In this document: positions 39,305 through 50,947 of the stretch, one piece after another | How the letters are laid out: each line of letters begins with the position of its first letter | Position numbering within the stretch: the first letter of the stretch is position 1 | DNA from: Octopus sinensis | Taxonomy: Eukaryota | Direction: 5' to 3' | NCBI RefSeq assembly: GCF_006345805.1 | Contig: NC_043019.1 | Span: 11,345,360 to 11,409,359, forward strand | Length of the DNA stretch: 64,000 nucleotides | The notes under the pieces: generated by a model | The model's input: only the letters and a program-made list of their open reading frames with translations | Told to the model about the DNA's origin: nothing | Database searches by the model: none | Made by a program: the position numbers and the translations under genes

Positions 39305-39770
39305 CCCTTTCGTTACCAACCTGGCCGAAACCGGCTCTGGCTCTGAGTACAAATGTCTTGTTTTCATAAGTTTTGAATTAAAATCTTCCACTAAACCTTA
39401 GTCACAATTTATGTTCCTAACACTAGCTTAATGATAACTAAGTTATTTTACTAAATTCTTTGTTGTATTGAAAATTAATTGAAAGAAACACAGAGTATCT
39501 CAATAGAAATAAGGTAACAAAAGGGTTAAAGTCACCATGATATTTTTAACCCTTTTGGTACCAGACTTGCTGAGACTGACTCTGGCTCTGTAGTACAAAT
39601 GTATTGTTGTCATAAGTTTTGAATTAAATTCTTCCACGAAACTTTAGTTATAATTTATGTTCCTAACACTAGCTTAATGATAACTAAGTTATTTTACTAA
39701 ATTCTTTGTTATATTTGAAGTAATTAAAAGAAACACAGAGCATTTCGAAATAAATACAGTAACGAAAGGG
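39305..39770 (-). mobile_element. piggyBac-type MITE dimer (reverse complement of 27017-27483)
   Basis: Same two subtypes and the same spacer (agtcaccatgatattt) in the opposite orientation. Confidence 0.75.
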
Positions 39771-40068
39771 TTAAAATCAGATCATTTAAACTCCTTTGCT
39801 ACCATATTTCTGTTGAAATATACTGCCTTTGTTTCAAATAATTTTGAAAATAATCCAGGCAGAGTATTTGGGCCAGATATGGCTGCTTTAAATGCTAAAG
39901 GGTTAATTTGAATCACTTTAAAACAGAAAGTTTGAATCAGCTGAGGCGGTCTCAAAAAGGTTAATCATTTTGCCATTTCTGAATATGCATACACACACAC
40001 ACACGGATGTAAACCTAAACTTAGCACCAATCCTAACTTACCAAAAATTTGTGTTATTTCTCTTTCAG

Positions 40069-40132
40069 AAAATTGCTGTTGATCTCGAAACCTCCTGGAG
40101 GGAAATAGTTTATATGGGTCTGTTGTCGATAG
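40069..40132 (+). CDS. SLC44A1-like: SLC44A-like exon: KIAVDLETSWREIVYMGLLSI(A)
   Basis: tctttcag / G|gtaagt, phase 0-1. DLxxSW motif. Confidence 0.92.
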
Positions 40133-40256
40133 GTAAGTGCTTTAGTGTTTCACAGGCTAATTCAAAATGAATGGTACGATGCTGTTTATTCAGGTGTTGC
40201 CCCATAAGGAAGAAGAGGTACCCAATTACATTATATAGCAAGAATGCTATATAAAA

Positions 40257-40486
40257 GGCGGCGAGCTGGCAGAGACGTTAGCACGCCGGGCGAAGTGCTT
40301 CACGGTATTTCACCCGTTGCCAAGTTCTGAGTTCAAATTCCGCCGAGGTCGACTTTGCCTTTCATCCTTTTGGGGTCGATAAATTAAGTACCAGTTTCGC
40401 ACTGGGGTTGATGTAATCGACTTAATCCGTTTGTCTGTCCTTGTTTGTCCCCTCTGTGTTTAGCCCCTTGTGGGTAGTAAAGAAAC
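40257..40486 (+). mobile_element. Full-length SINE family A copy with 15-bp target-site duplication
   Basis: TATATAGCAAGAATG at 40232-40246 and 40488-40502. Confidence 0.9.
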
Positions 40487-41254
40487 ATATATAGCAAGAA
40501 TGGGACCCCACCACATTGGTATAGACACATACATGATTACCTCGACCAGCATCTTCCAGAATGCAGGATTGGCCATGCCGGTGTGAATGATCTGTAATTG
40601 ATGGTCTGCCACCACCCAGTTCCCCTTTGTGATTTTTTCCCTTTGGGGGTATCTGAAAGACAAGGTGTTCATACCTCCACTTCTGCAGAACTTACTTTAG
40701 CATTCAGATCAATTAATCAAATATTATACTTATTGATCCACATTTTTTTAATTGATTATATATTGTCTTGTAACTTCAAGGTTTTGAAGATATGATTGTC
40801 TATTTTTAGAGGGACATTGTAGGGTAGGTGTGAGTGGCTGGATCTGGCCAGTTTCAACAATATTTTTTATTGCTTCTAGCACTGATGAAATACTGTCCAG
40901 TAGAACATCCAGAGCTGGTTTCAGTTCAGTGTTATTTAACCTTTTAGCATTTAATCCGGCCAAATCTGGCTAAAATATTCAGCCAGTTTTATTTTTAAAT
41001 TCGCTAGATCCAACCTCTCACACCTACCCTACAATGTCATTCTAAAAATATACAAAAACACCATTGAAATCTTGAAACTACAAGGTGAGTGGCTGCGTGG
41101 TAAGTAGCTTGTTTACCAACCACACGGTTCCGGGTTCAGTCCCACTGCGTGGCACCTTGGGCAAGTGTCTTCTGCTATAGCCTCGGGCCAACCAAAGCCT
41201 TGTGAGTGGATTTGGTAGACGGAAACTGAAAGAAGCCCATCGTATATATGTATA

Positions 41255-41333
<79 letters not shown>

Positions 41334-42249
41334 ATGTTTGTATGTCTGTGTTTTTCCCCCAGCATCACTTGACAACCGATGCTGGTGTGTTTATGTCCCC
41401 TTCACTTAGCGGTTCGGCAAAAGCGACCGATAGAATAAGTACCGGGCTTACAAAAGAATAAGTCCCGGGGGTCGAGTTGCTCGATTAAAGGTGGTGCTCC
41501 AGCATGGCCGCAGTCAAATGACTGAAACAAGTAAAAGAGAGGATAAAGTGAGAAAGAGACTAGTTCAAAACAATTTAAATAATTAAGTATTACATTTGAC
41601 GAAGAAATCTGAACACGAAAGATTTAATTTAACCTCATTCAAAATTTCTTCAGATTCCTTCTTGATTTCAGCAATCTTTGAAGCTGCTGTTCTTCTTCTT
41701 CTTCCAACCAGGACTCACGCCATTAGCCACAAAGAATAATCTCTAATTCGAGCCTACTCTAAGCTACTAAGAATGCGTGTGGCAACTTGAAGATCCACCC
41801 ACCACACGCAATAGACTGGCGGTTGCACGGGCGCAAAAGCTACGTTGTTATCCTCATTCCGTAAATGGTGGCTTTTAACGGGTGGAGTGCTGAACCATCC
41901 TGGGGTACAGAGGATTCGCAATTCTAGACTAGGGTCTGAAAGTTTACCACACCATAGTGGGTTACACCATGGTTCCTCTGCTTTGTAACAGAAGTAGGAA
42001 GAAAGAGTGAGAGAAAGTTGTGGTGAAAGAGTACAAGATGTAATTTAAGAGATATTTAGCTGTCATTTCTAGCAGATTGAGTGAGCACATAGAGGCTTTT
42101 TTGTTAGCTTGTAATAATTATAATTGTTGTTGTTATTGTGATTAATGATGGTGGTGGTGGTGGTGACTGCTGCTGCTACTGGTCCAAGTATGGCATCACT
42201 TTTTTTTTTTCTCAAATCTTGTTCTGTGCTCTCATAACTCAGTGATGAA

Positions 42250-42440
42250 CCTCTATGTGGTCATTGATCTTGTTAGAAACAGCAGCTAAATCATACCTTA
42301 CTGTCTTAAAAGTAGGGCAAGAGACAATGTAGTTGTAGATTAATTTGAAAAAACAAATGGAATGATCATTGCTGAAATGCTTTATGATATAAGCCTGTCT
42401 ACTTGATGAGGGTTGACCCTGGGCTAAACAACAACACCAC
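42250..42440 (+). mobile_element. Old SINE-like family D (TGCTAGAAATAGCAGCC...GGGCTAAACAACAAC)
   Basis: Diverged copies at about 5500-5690(-), 6290-6560(-), 46490-46600, 50295-50480. Confidence 0.55.
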
Positions 42441-42530
42441 TAGTTTATCAGCAAAGGAGCCTCTATGTGGTTGCCCACCTTGCTAGAAATAACAACAAAA
42501 ACTTTACAGAATTGTTTTCCTCTCTTGCAG

Positions 42531-42639
42531 CCCTGTCCATAATCTTCCTGGTTATAATGAGATTTTTGGGGGAATATATAGTTTGGCTTGTGGCTGTTGT
42601 TGTAGCTCTCACCCTCCTGGGACTTGTGATTTTCTGTTG
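42531..42639 (+). CDS. SLC44A1-like: SLC44A-like exon: LSIIFLVIMRFLGEYIVWLVAVVVALTLLGLVIFC(W)
   Basis: tctcttgcag / TG|gtaagt, phase 1-2. TM helices with the RF..xVW motif. Confidence 0.93.
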
Positions 42640-43070
42640 GTAAGTATAGCTTGCTATCTATTGGTGAGTACCCCTCTGTCCTCTCTGCTAAAGACTACCT
42701 TAGCAGACCATGAACAGGAGTAGTTTTTTCACCCCTAAATATTTATAATTGAATATACATTCCTTAGTTACTATAATTTATTAGTTTCTTTTGTATATTC
42801 TTAGTTTATGCATGTGTATGCAAATATAGTATTGGTATATCCCATTTATTTTCATTAGAAATTAAATAAATAAAGAATTTTGACATGAACGAATATTTAT
42901 TTCCCCCCACTATGTGTTAAGAGGAATTCTTTGGAGTTTGAATAAATGTAACAAAAGCAAAGTTTGAAGGCAATATTAACCATTTTTCATACTTTCTAGG
43001 GGTTAACAAATAGGAAATAACACTTGCTACCCAAAGACAAAAATCATGTTATACAGTATTATTATTAAGT

Positions 43071-43592
43071 ACTAGCAGTATCGCCCGGCGTTGCTCGGGT
43101 TTGTAAGGGAAATAACTATATAAGCATTTTTAGAGAGTTACTTCCCTTATAGATGCCAATACGGGCTTTCTTACCCATTTCTGTTTTGGTGTCTTCAAGC
43201 CATGAAGTCGTTGTTCTAAAAGAACGCTGGTCTCCTTGACAACGCTTTACGACGTTGATTTCCTTAAACTCCCTTCCCCACAGCTTCACGAGGGAGGGAA
43301 GAAGGGGGAGAAGCAAACACAGGTGCAGGTGTTTGAGCGTGGACGCCAACTCCGCCGCCATCGACACACGAAAAATTATGCATTAAAATGGAATAAAAAA
43401 ATTATGTTAAATTATTTTTAAAATCGTAGACTCATCGTTGACGCGCGCTAATACTCAGACGGGCTCGATATTAATCACGACTATAAGATACCCGAATTTG
43501 GTTAAACTGCACCGCAAAATGTGGGAGGAGTTAGGAATCTAAATCGAAGGGGACAGACACTCACACAACTACAGTTTTATATATATATAGAT
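43071..43592 (+). mobile_element. Non-autonomous Helentron/DINE-1-like element
   Basis: ACTAGCAGTATCGCCCGGCGTTGCTCGGG subterminal inverted repeat and a TTTTATATATATATAG end. Confidence 0.6.
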
Positions 43593-43748
43593 TTAGTAAG
43601 TTGCAAGTTAGTCTGGTGGCTAAAGAGGAAAAAACAAAATGGCAATGTCTATCAGATTTGATGTATGGATGCTAGGGAAATATGTCCTGTGTGCCACATG
43701 AAACCCATGAGGCTGGCAAAGGATTAACTGTTGTGTTCTTTATTGTAG

Positions 43749-43860
43749 GTATCAATATTATGCTTTGCAGAGAGGTGATAAGGCTGCTGTTAAAGTATCC
43801 AAACCTGCGGATGAACCTGCGTTGTGGCTTTTTGTCTCCCTCTTCATGTCAGTGGTAACT
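43749..43860 (+). CDS. SLC44A1-like: SLC44A-like exon: YQYYALQRGDKAAVKVSKPADEPALWLFVSLFMSVVT
   Basis: tattgtag / ACT|gtaagt, phase 2-0, in frame with its neighbours. Confidence 0.88.
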
Positions 43861-43885
43861 GTAAGTTGGAAACTTATACTTTGGT

Positions 43886-44600
43886 TAATATCACAACCAC
43901 CACCACCACCACCATCGCCACCACAGTCAACACCAACATCATAATCACCACCATCGTGATCAACACCACCACCATCACAACCACCACCACTACCATCACA
44001 ACCACCACCACTACCATCACAACCACCACCATCACAACAACCACCACCATCACAACCGCCACCATCGCCACCACAACCAACACCAACAACATCATAATCA
44101 CCACCATCATGACCAACACCACAACCATCACAACTACCACCACCACCACCATCACCTCCACCACCAACACCAACAACATCATAATCACCACCATCATGAC
44201 CAACACCACAACCATCACAACTACCACCACCACCACCACCATCACCTCCACCACCAACACCAACAACATCATAATCACCACCATCATGACCAACACCACA
44301 GCCATCACAACTACCACCATCACCACCATTACCATCACAACTACCACCACCAACACCAACAACATCATAATCACCACCATCATGACCAACACCACAACCA
44401 TCACAACTACCACCATCACCACCATTACCACCACCACCACCATCACCTCCACAACCAACACCAACAACATCATAATCACCACCATCATGATCAACACCAC
44501 AACCATCACAATCAAAATCATTACCATCTTAATCACCACCATCACAACCACAGTCACTACCATCATCACTATTTTACATCATATCGTCCCATACCCCACT
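43886..44600. repeat. Intronic (ACC/ATC/AAC)n compound minisatellite
   Basis: Lies wholly inside the intron between the exons ending 43860 and starting 44660. Confidence 0.9.
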
Positions 44601-44659
44601 CTCATCTTCATCACCTAATAAGGCCAGAGTGCATGACCTGTCCCCTATTTCTATTGCAG

Positions 44660-44707
44660 ATAATAATCATACTGCTCATCATAGCATTACGCAAGCACAT
44701 ATCTTTG
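44660..44707 (+). CDS. SLC44A1-like: SLC44A-like exon: IIIILLIIALRKHISL
   Basis: ctattgcag / TTG|gtaagt, 48 nt, phase 0-0. Matches the conserved LRKRI motif (LRKHI here). Confidence 0.9.
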
Positions 44708-46964
44708 GTAAGTCATCCTCATGCATTTCCTTAAAGACTTCTCTCTCGTTCTATATGTCTTCTGTTCAACCTTCTCTAATCAGTGGCTCTCAACTATTTT
44801 CTTACTTAAAGGGTACCATTCGAGTGTGATTGTTACCAACGTCGCCTTACAGGCACCTGTGCCGGTGGCATGTGTAAAAAGATTTGAGCGAGGTTGTTGC
44901 CAGTAGCACCTGACTGGCCCCCATGCCAGTGGCACATAAAAAGCACCCACTACACTCTCAGAGTGGTTGGCATTAGGAAGGGCATCCAGCTGTAGAAACT
45001 CTGCCAGATCAAAATTGGGGCCTGGTGCAGCCATCTGGTTTGCCAGCCCTCAGTCAAAATTGTCCAACCCATGCTAGCATGGAAAGCGGACGTTAAACAA
45101 CGTGTGTAAAAAGATTCAAGCGAGGTTGTTGCCAGTACCGCCTTACTGGCCCCCATGCCGATGGCACGTAAAAAGCACCCACTACACTCTCGGAGTGGTT
45201 GGCATTAGGAAGGGCATCCAGCTGTAGAAACTCTGCTAGATCAAGATTGGGGCCTGGTGCAGCCATCTGGTGATCGTTACCGTCACCTTACTGGTACCTG
45301 TGCTGGTGGCATGTGTAAAAAGATTTGAGTGAGGTCCTTGCCTGTACCGCCTGACTGGCCCCCGTGCCGGTGGCACGTAAAAAGCACCCTCTACACTCTC
45401 GGAGTGGTTGGCGTTAGGAAGGGCATCAAGCTGTAGAAACTCTGCCAGATCAAGATTGGGGCCTGATGCAGCCATCTGGTTCGCCAGCCCTCAGTGCAGC
45501 CATCTAGTGATCGTTACCAACGTCACCTTACTGGTACCTGTGCTGGTGGCATGTGTAAAAAGATTCAAGTGAGGTCATTGCCAGTACCGCCTGACTGGCC
45601 CCCGTGCCGGTGGCATGTAAAAAGCACCCACTACACTCTCGGAGTGATTGGCATTAGGAAGGGCATCCAGCTGTAGAAACTCTGCTAGATCAAAATTGGG
45701 GCCTGGTGCAGCCATCTGGTTCACCAGCCCTCAGTCAAAATTGTCCAACCCATGCTAGCATGGAAAGCGGACGTTAAACGATATGTGCAAAAAGATTCGA
45801 GCGAGGTCGTTGCCAGTACCGCCAGTCTGGCCCCCATGCCGGTGGCACATAAAAACCACCCACTACACTCTCGGAGTGGTTGGCATTAGGAAGGGCATCC
45901 AGCTGTAGAAACTCTGCTCGATCAAGATTGGGGCCTGGTGCAGCCATCTGGTGATCGTTACCAACGTCACCTTACTGGTACCTGTGCTGGTGGCATGTGT
46001 AAAAAGATTCGAGTGAGGTCATTGCCAGTACCGCCTGACTGGCCCCCGTGCCTGTGGCACATAAAAACCACCCACTACACTCTTGGAGTGGTTGGCATTA
46101 GGAAGAGCATCCAGCTGTAGAAACTCTGCTAGATCAAAATTGGGGCCTGGTGCAGCCATCTGGTTCGCCAGCCCTCAGTCAAAATCGTCCAACCCATGCT
46201 AGCATTGAAAGCGGACGTTAAACAATGATGATGATGGAGGTCCCTTTTGATTTCTGTTTTGTTCTGATGGTCCCATCTTTCAAAGTTCTTATTTTGCTTT
46301 TCACTCATTAACTTGTAATAGGGAAAGAAACCAAGCTCTTTCTTGCAATAAATACATCTAAGCCAGAAGTTTCCATGGACCCTTAAAATACATCTTGTGG
46401 ATCTCAGGGGCCATGTGGACCCAGGTCGAGAACCGCTTCTAATACACTTTACCTAGCCATCCTGCTGATCCACAAAGGGAGTTGCTGCTTGGTTGCTGGA
46501 CCTACTGGATATAGCAGCTAAATCTCCCTCAAATCACACCAAACTGGGTTAAGAGAGCTACTTTGTGGTCGATAACCTGCTAGAAATAGCAGCCAAATAT
46601 CTTTCATAATGCATACCATCGTGCCAGTCCATGTAAAAAGCACCCATGTTGGACCACATGATTAGCACCCATGTTAGTGCCACATAAAAAGCATGTAGCA
46701 CACCCTATGACAGTGCTCTGCAACCATTTTTTGCACATGTGGTACACTCTTTTACTTGTTTCAGTCATTTGATTGTAGCCATGCTGGAGCACCGCCTTTA
46801 GTTGAGCAAATCAACCCCAGGACTTATTCTTTGTAAGCCTAGTACTTATTCTATCGGTCTCTTTGCTGAACCGCTAAGTTACGGGGACGTAAAGACATCA
46901 GCATTGGTTGTCAAACGATGTTGGGGGAACAAACACAGACACACAAACATATACACACACATGC

Positions 46965-47001
<37 letters not shown>

Positions 47002-47299
47002 TATACGATGGGCTTCTTTCAGTTTCTGTCTACCAAATCCACTCACAAGGCTTTGGTTGGCCTAGGGCTATAGTAGGAGACACTTTCCCAAAGTATCACA
47101 CAGTGGGGTTGAACCCGGAACCATGTGGTTGGGAAGCAAATATCTTAAACCACACAGCCACTCTTGTAAACAAAAAAAGAGAAGGAAGAGCACAATTGGA
47201 TCCCCTACGTCTCTTGTAGAATGACTGGAACGGTTTGGGGTCATTGGTCTGATCAAGGCCAACCTTGGGCTAAACAACAACACTTCCCATCATTCAATT

Positions 47300-47637
47300 C
47301 TATTTTCCTCTTTCTCTCTGCCACTGTCATTGTCTCTCTCTCTCACTCTCTCTCTCTCTCTCTCTCTTTTTGTCTTTCTCGCTCTTTGTCTTACGCTGTC
47401 ATATTCCCCTTTTCTCTCTCTCTCTCTCTGTTTCTCTCTCATTCTCTCTTGCTCTCTCTCTCTGTCTCCCCTGTTTCTCTCTCTCTCTCTGTCCCTGTTT
47501 CTCTCTCTCTCTTTTTGTTTTTCTCGCTCTTTGTCATCCTCCTCTTTTCTCTCTCTCTCTCTCTCTGTCCCTGTTTCTCTCTCACTCTCTCTCTCTCTCT
47601 CTTTTTGTTTTTCTCGCTCTTTGTCATCCTCCCCTTT

Positions 47638-47669
<32 letters not shown>

Positions 47670-47712
47670 GTCCCTGTTTCTTTCTCTCTCACTCTCTCTT
47701 TCGCTCTCTCTT
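47300..47712. repeat. (CT)n-rich tract with an internal triplicated unit, abutting a splice acceptor
   Basis: Direct reading of the sequence. Confidence 0.9.
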
Positions 47713-47716
47713 ACAG

Positions 47717-47788
47717 GTCAGTCAACTTTTCAGGGAAGCTGGTAAGGTTGTGACCGATATTCCTCTACTGAATCTGCTACCATTTGTG
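47717..47788 (+). CDS. SLC44A1-like: SLC44A-like exon: VSQLFREAGKVVTDIPLLNLLPFV
   Basis: ctcttacag / GTG|gtaagt, phase 0-0. LFxEAGK...P motif. Confidence 0.93.
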
Positions 47789-48617
47789 GTAAGTTTTGTA
47801 TTTAATCATCACCGTCACCATAATCATCATCATCATTGTAAACAGCAACAGCAGCAGCATCACCATGATCATCATCATCATTGTAAACAGCAGCAGTATC
47901 ACCGTCATCAACATCATCATCATCATCCTTTCTATGGTCAGATGTCCATCCTGTCATCAACCCTCTCTTGTTTTCAAGCAAGGTAATATTTCACTATGGC
48001 CAGACATATTCTTGTAGGTTATTGGAATTGAACGACACTGCTTGTATAACAGGGACACTCATTTACGACAGTCATGTGATGTCATGACAAGAAGACACCA
48101 ACTCTCAATAGGTGGTTCATCAACTTTTAGACATTAAATTATGTTAACTTATTTATTTATTTACTAAAATGGCAATTACAATAATATACATATATATAAC
48201 ATATTATGCTTTACATAATATAATATAATATATATTCTGTTACTTGTTTCAGTCATTTGACTGCAGCCATGCTAGAGCACTGCCTTAAAGGGTTTTAGTT
48301 GAAGAAAATGACCCCAGGACTTATTCTTTGTAAGCCTAGTACTTATTCTATTGGTCTCTTTTGTTGAACTGTTAAGTTACAGGGATATATATATACACCA
48401 ACATCAGTTGTTAAGTGATGGCAAGCAGACAAACACACACATAAAAACATACATACATATATATATATATATATTACGGAGATGTACTTGCATAGTGAGT
48501 GACTGGATCTGAGATCGAGTGCTGGAACGAAAACAATTGCAGCGTGGAAGGTATTTATAAGCCATTTAAGAAACACACAAAAACCGTTAGATTCACTTCA
48601 ACATTTAAATTTAATTT

Positions 48618-48662
48618 GTCAAAATATTTTCGTCGCTTTGAGACTGCGACCTGTTCACTGAC
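48618..48662 (-). ncRNA. Hammerhead motif with swapped G3-C8 core (second copy 49094-49137)
   Basis: Minus strand reads GTCA GTGAACA G GTCGC-AGTCTCAAA-GCGAC GAAA ATAT T T TGAC: stem I GTCA/TGAC, 5-bp stem II, palindromic AATATT. Confidence 0.7.
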
Positions 48663-48909
48663 CGCGGTCTCAAAGCGACGAAAATATTTTGACAATTAAA
48701 TTTAAATGTTGAAGTGAATCTAACGGTTTTGTGTGTTTCTTATATGGCTTATAAACACCTTCCACACTGCAATTATATATATATATATGTATGTATGTAT
48801 GACAGGCTTCTTTCAGTTTCCATCTACCAAATCCACTTATAAGACTTATAAATACACCAACATCAGTTGTTAAGTGATGGAAGCAGACAACACACACATA
48901 AAAACATAC

Positions 48910-48955
<46 letters not shown>

Positions 48956-49599
48956 CGGAGATGTACTTGCATGTGAGTGACTGGATATGAGATCGAGTGC
49001 TGGAACGAAACTTGCACGTGGAAGGTGTTTATAAGCCATTTAAGAAACCAAAAAACGTTAGATTCACTTCACATTTAAATTTAATTTATATTTGTCAAAA
49101 TATTTTCGTCGCTTTGAGATGCGACCTGTTCACTGACCGCGTCTCAAAGCGACGAAAATATTTTGACAATTAAATTTAAATGTTGAAGTGAATCTAACGT
49201 TTTGTGTTTTCTTATATGGCTATAAACACCTTCCACACTGCAATTATATATATATATATGTATGTTATGTATGACAGGCTTCTTTCAGTTTCCATCTACC
49301 AAATCCACTTATAAGACTTTGGCCAGCCAAGAGATATAGTATAAGACACTTGCCTAAGTTGCCATGCAGTGGGACTGGATGGATGCCATTGGTTAATAAT
49401 TTAGTTTTGTTCCTCAGAGTTAGTTGGTCTCATACCTCCAGCATTCTGGCCCCCTGCCCTACTCATTTCTCCACCCCATATCACCCTTATAGCATCCACT
49501 CCTCACCCATCACGAAGTAACCATTATCTCCAGTTTTTCCTCCCTTGAACATCATCCCTCTGGAATCTTCTTTCTGCTCACATCTTCATTTTTCTTTGT

Positions 49600-50260
49600 A
49601 AAAGACAGATGCCTAATATCACAGGATCCCAAATTAATGCAGTAATGTTGCTGCTTGCCTTCTGATATTTCAGGGTTGTTCCAAGCCAATATAATGATTG
49701 CTTGCCCTTAAGATTGTGTAACAGCAGTTTGCCCTCTGATATTACAGAGTTATGCCAAGAAGATATAACGGTAGTTTTCCCCACTGACATTACAGGGTTA
49801 TTCCAAGTTGATTCAACCTGTTTGCCCTCTGACATTACGGGGTTGTTCTAATCCAACATAACCAGTTCTCCCCCTGTTGTTACAGGGTCATTCCAAGCCA
49901 ACTTAACATCTGTTTGCCCTCTGATATTACAAGATTATTCCAAGCTGATACAACCACCTGTTTGCCCTCATATTACAGATTGTTCTAAACAGGTGGCTAA
50001 AGGGGATCGATGGTCAAAAAAGTTTGGCGACCCCTGTTCTAAACCAACATCGCAACTGTTTGCCCTGATCTTACAGAATTGTTCCAAGCTGATATAACAA
50101 TTGTTTATGCTCAAGACAATATGGCAGCTGTTTGCCCTCTGACATTACAGGGTTGTTCCATGATGATATCACTGTTCACCCTCTGACATTACAGGATTAC
50201 TCCAACCTGATATAACAACTGTTTGCCTCCTGATATTATAGGGTCACTCCAAGTCAATGA
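49600..50260. repeat. Degenerate minisatellite, unit about 50-60 bp
   Basis: Recurring CTGTTTGCCCTCTGACATTACAGGGTTGTTCCAAG. A small insert at about 49991-50035 is flanked by TTCTAAAC on both sides. Confidence 0.8.
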
Positions 50261-50880
50261 CAGTAACTTGTGGCCTGAAGAGAACTTGTACATAGTTCAT
50301 GGACCTGCTAGAAACAGCAGCCATTTATATCTCATATCATACTTTACCATCTTACAAAAGCACACATTGGATAATGTAACCTAGTATACACTGCCTGAAT
50401 AAACAATGGGATGGTCATGGCTAGAATGTCCTTTTTGATCTGTTGGATGAAAACTAACTCAAACCTAAACAAGCACACCCCACACAATATACTCCAACAG
50501 CCAGACTATCATCATCATCATCATCATAATCATTTAACATCCATTTTCCATGCTGGCATGAGTCGGATGGCTTGACAGGAACTGGTATGGTCAGGGGGCT
50601 ACACCAGGTTCCATAGTCTGTTTTGGTTTGATTTCTGTGGCTGGATGCTCTTCCTAATGCCGACCACTCTACAGAGTGTACTGGGTGCTTTTTACATGAC
50701 ACCATCACCAGCGCTTTTTAAGTAGCACCAGCACTTTCTACATGGCACCAGCACCCACACCAATGCTTTTTACTAGGCACCTTGGCTTTATGATCTCGTG
50801 CCCGGACAGCAAGAACTTCAACAAGTACTAAAATCTTCCAGAACATTCTTCTCACCTATTTTTTCTTTTTTCTTTTACAG

Positions 50881-50947
50881 ATTTTTTTCATTATGTTTGG
50901 AGTTTTGTCCTTCCTTGTCTATATTTATATATCAATTGAAAGTTCAG
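50881..50947 (+). CDS. SLC44A1-like: SLC44A-like exon: IFFIMFGVLSFLVYIYISIESS(G)
   Basis: tcttttacag / G|gtaagc, phase 0-1. TM helix. Confidence 0.88.

Noticed and set aside
43824-44618. 264-aa Thr-rich mucin-like ORF
   Set aside because: It starts out of frame with the real exon and crosses a consensus donor into an intronic (ACC)n repeat.
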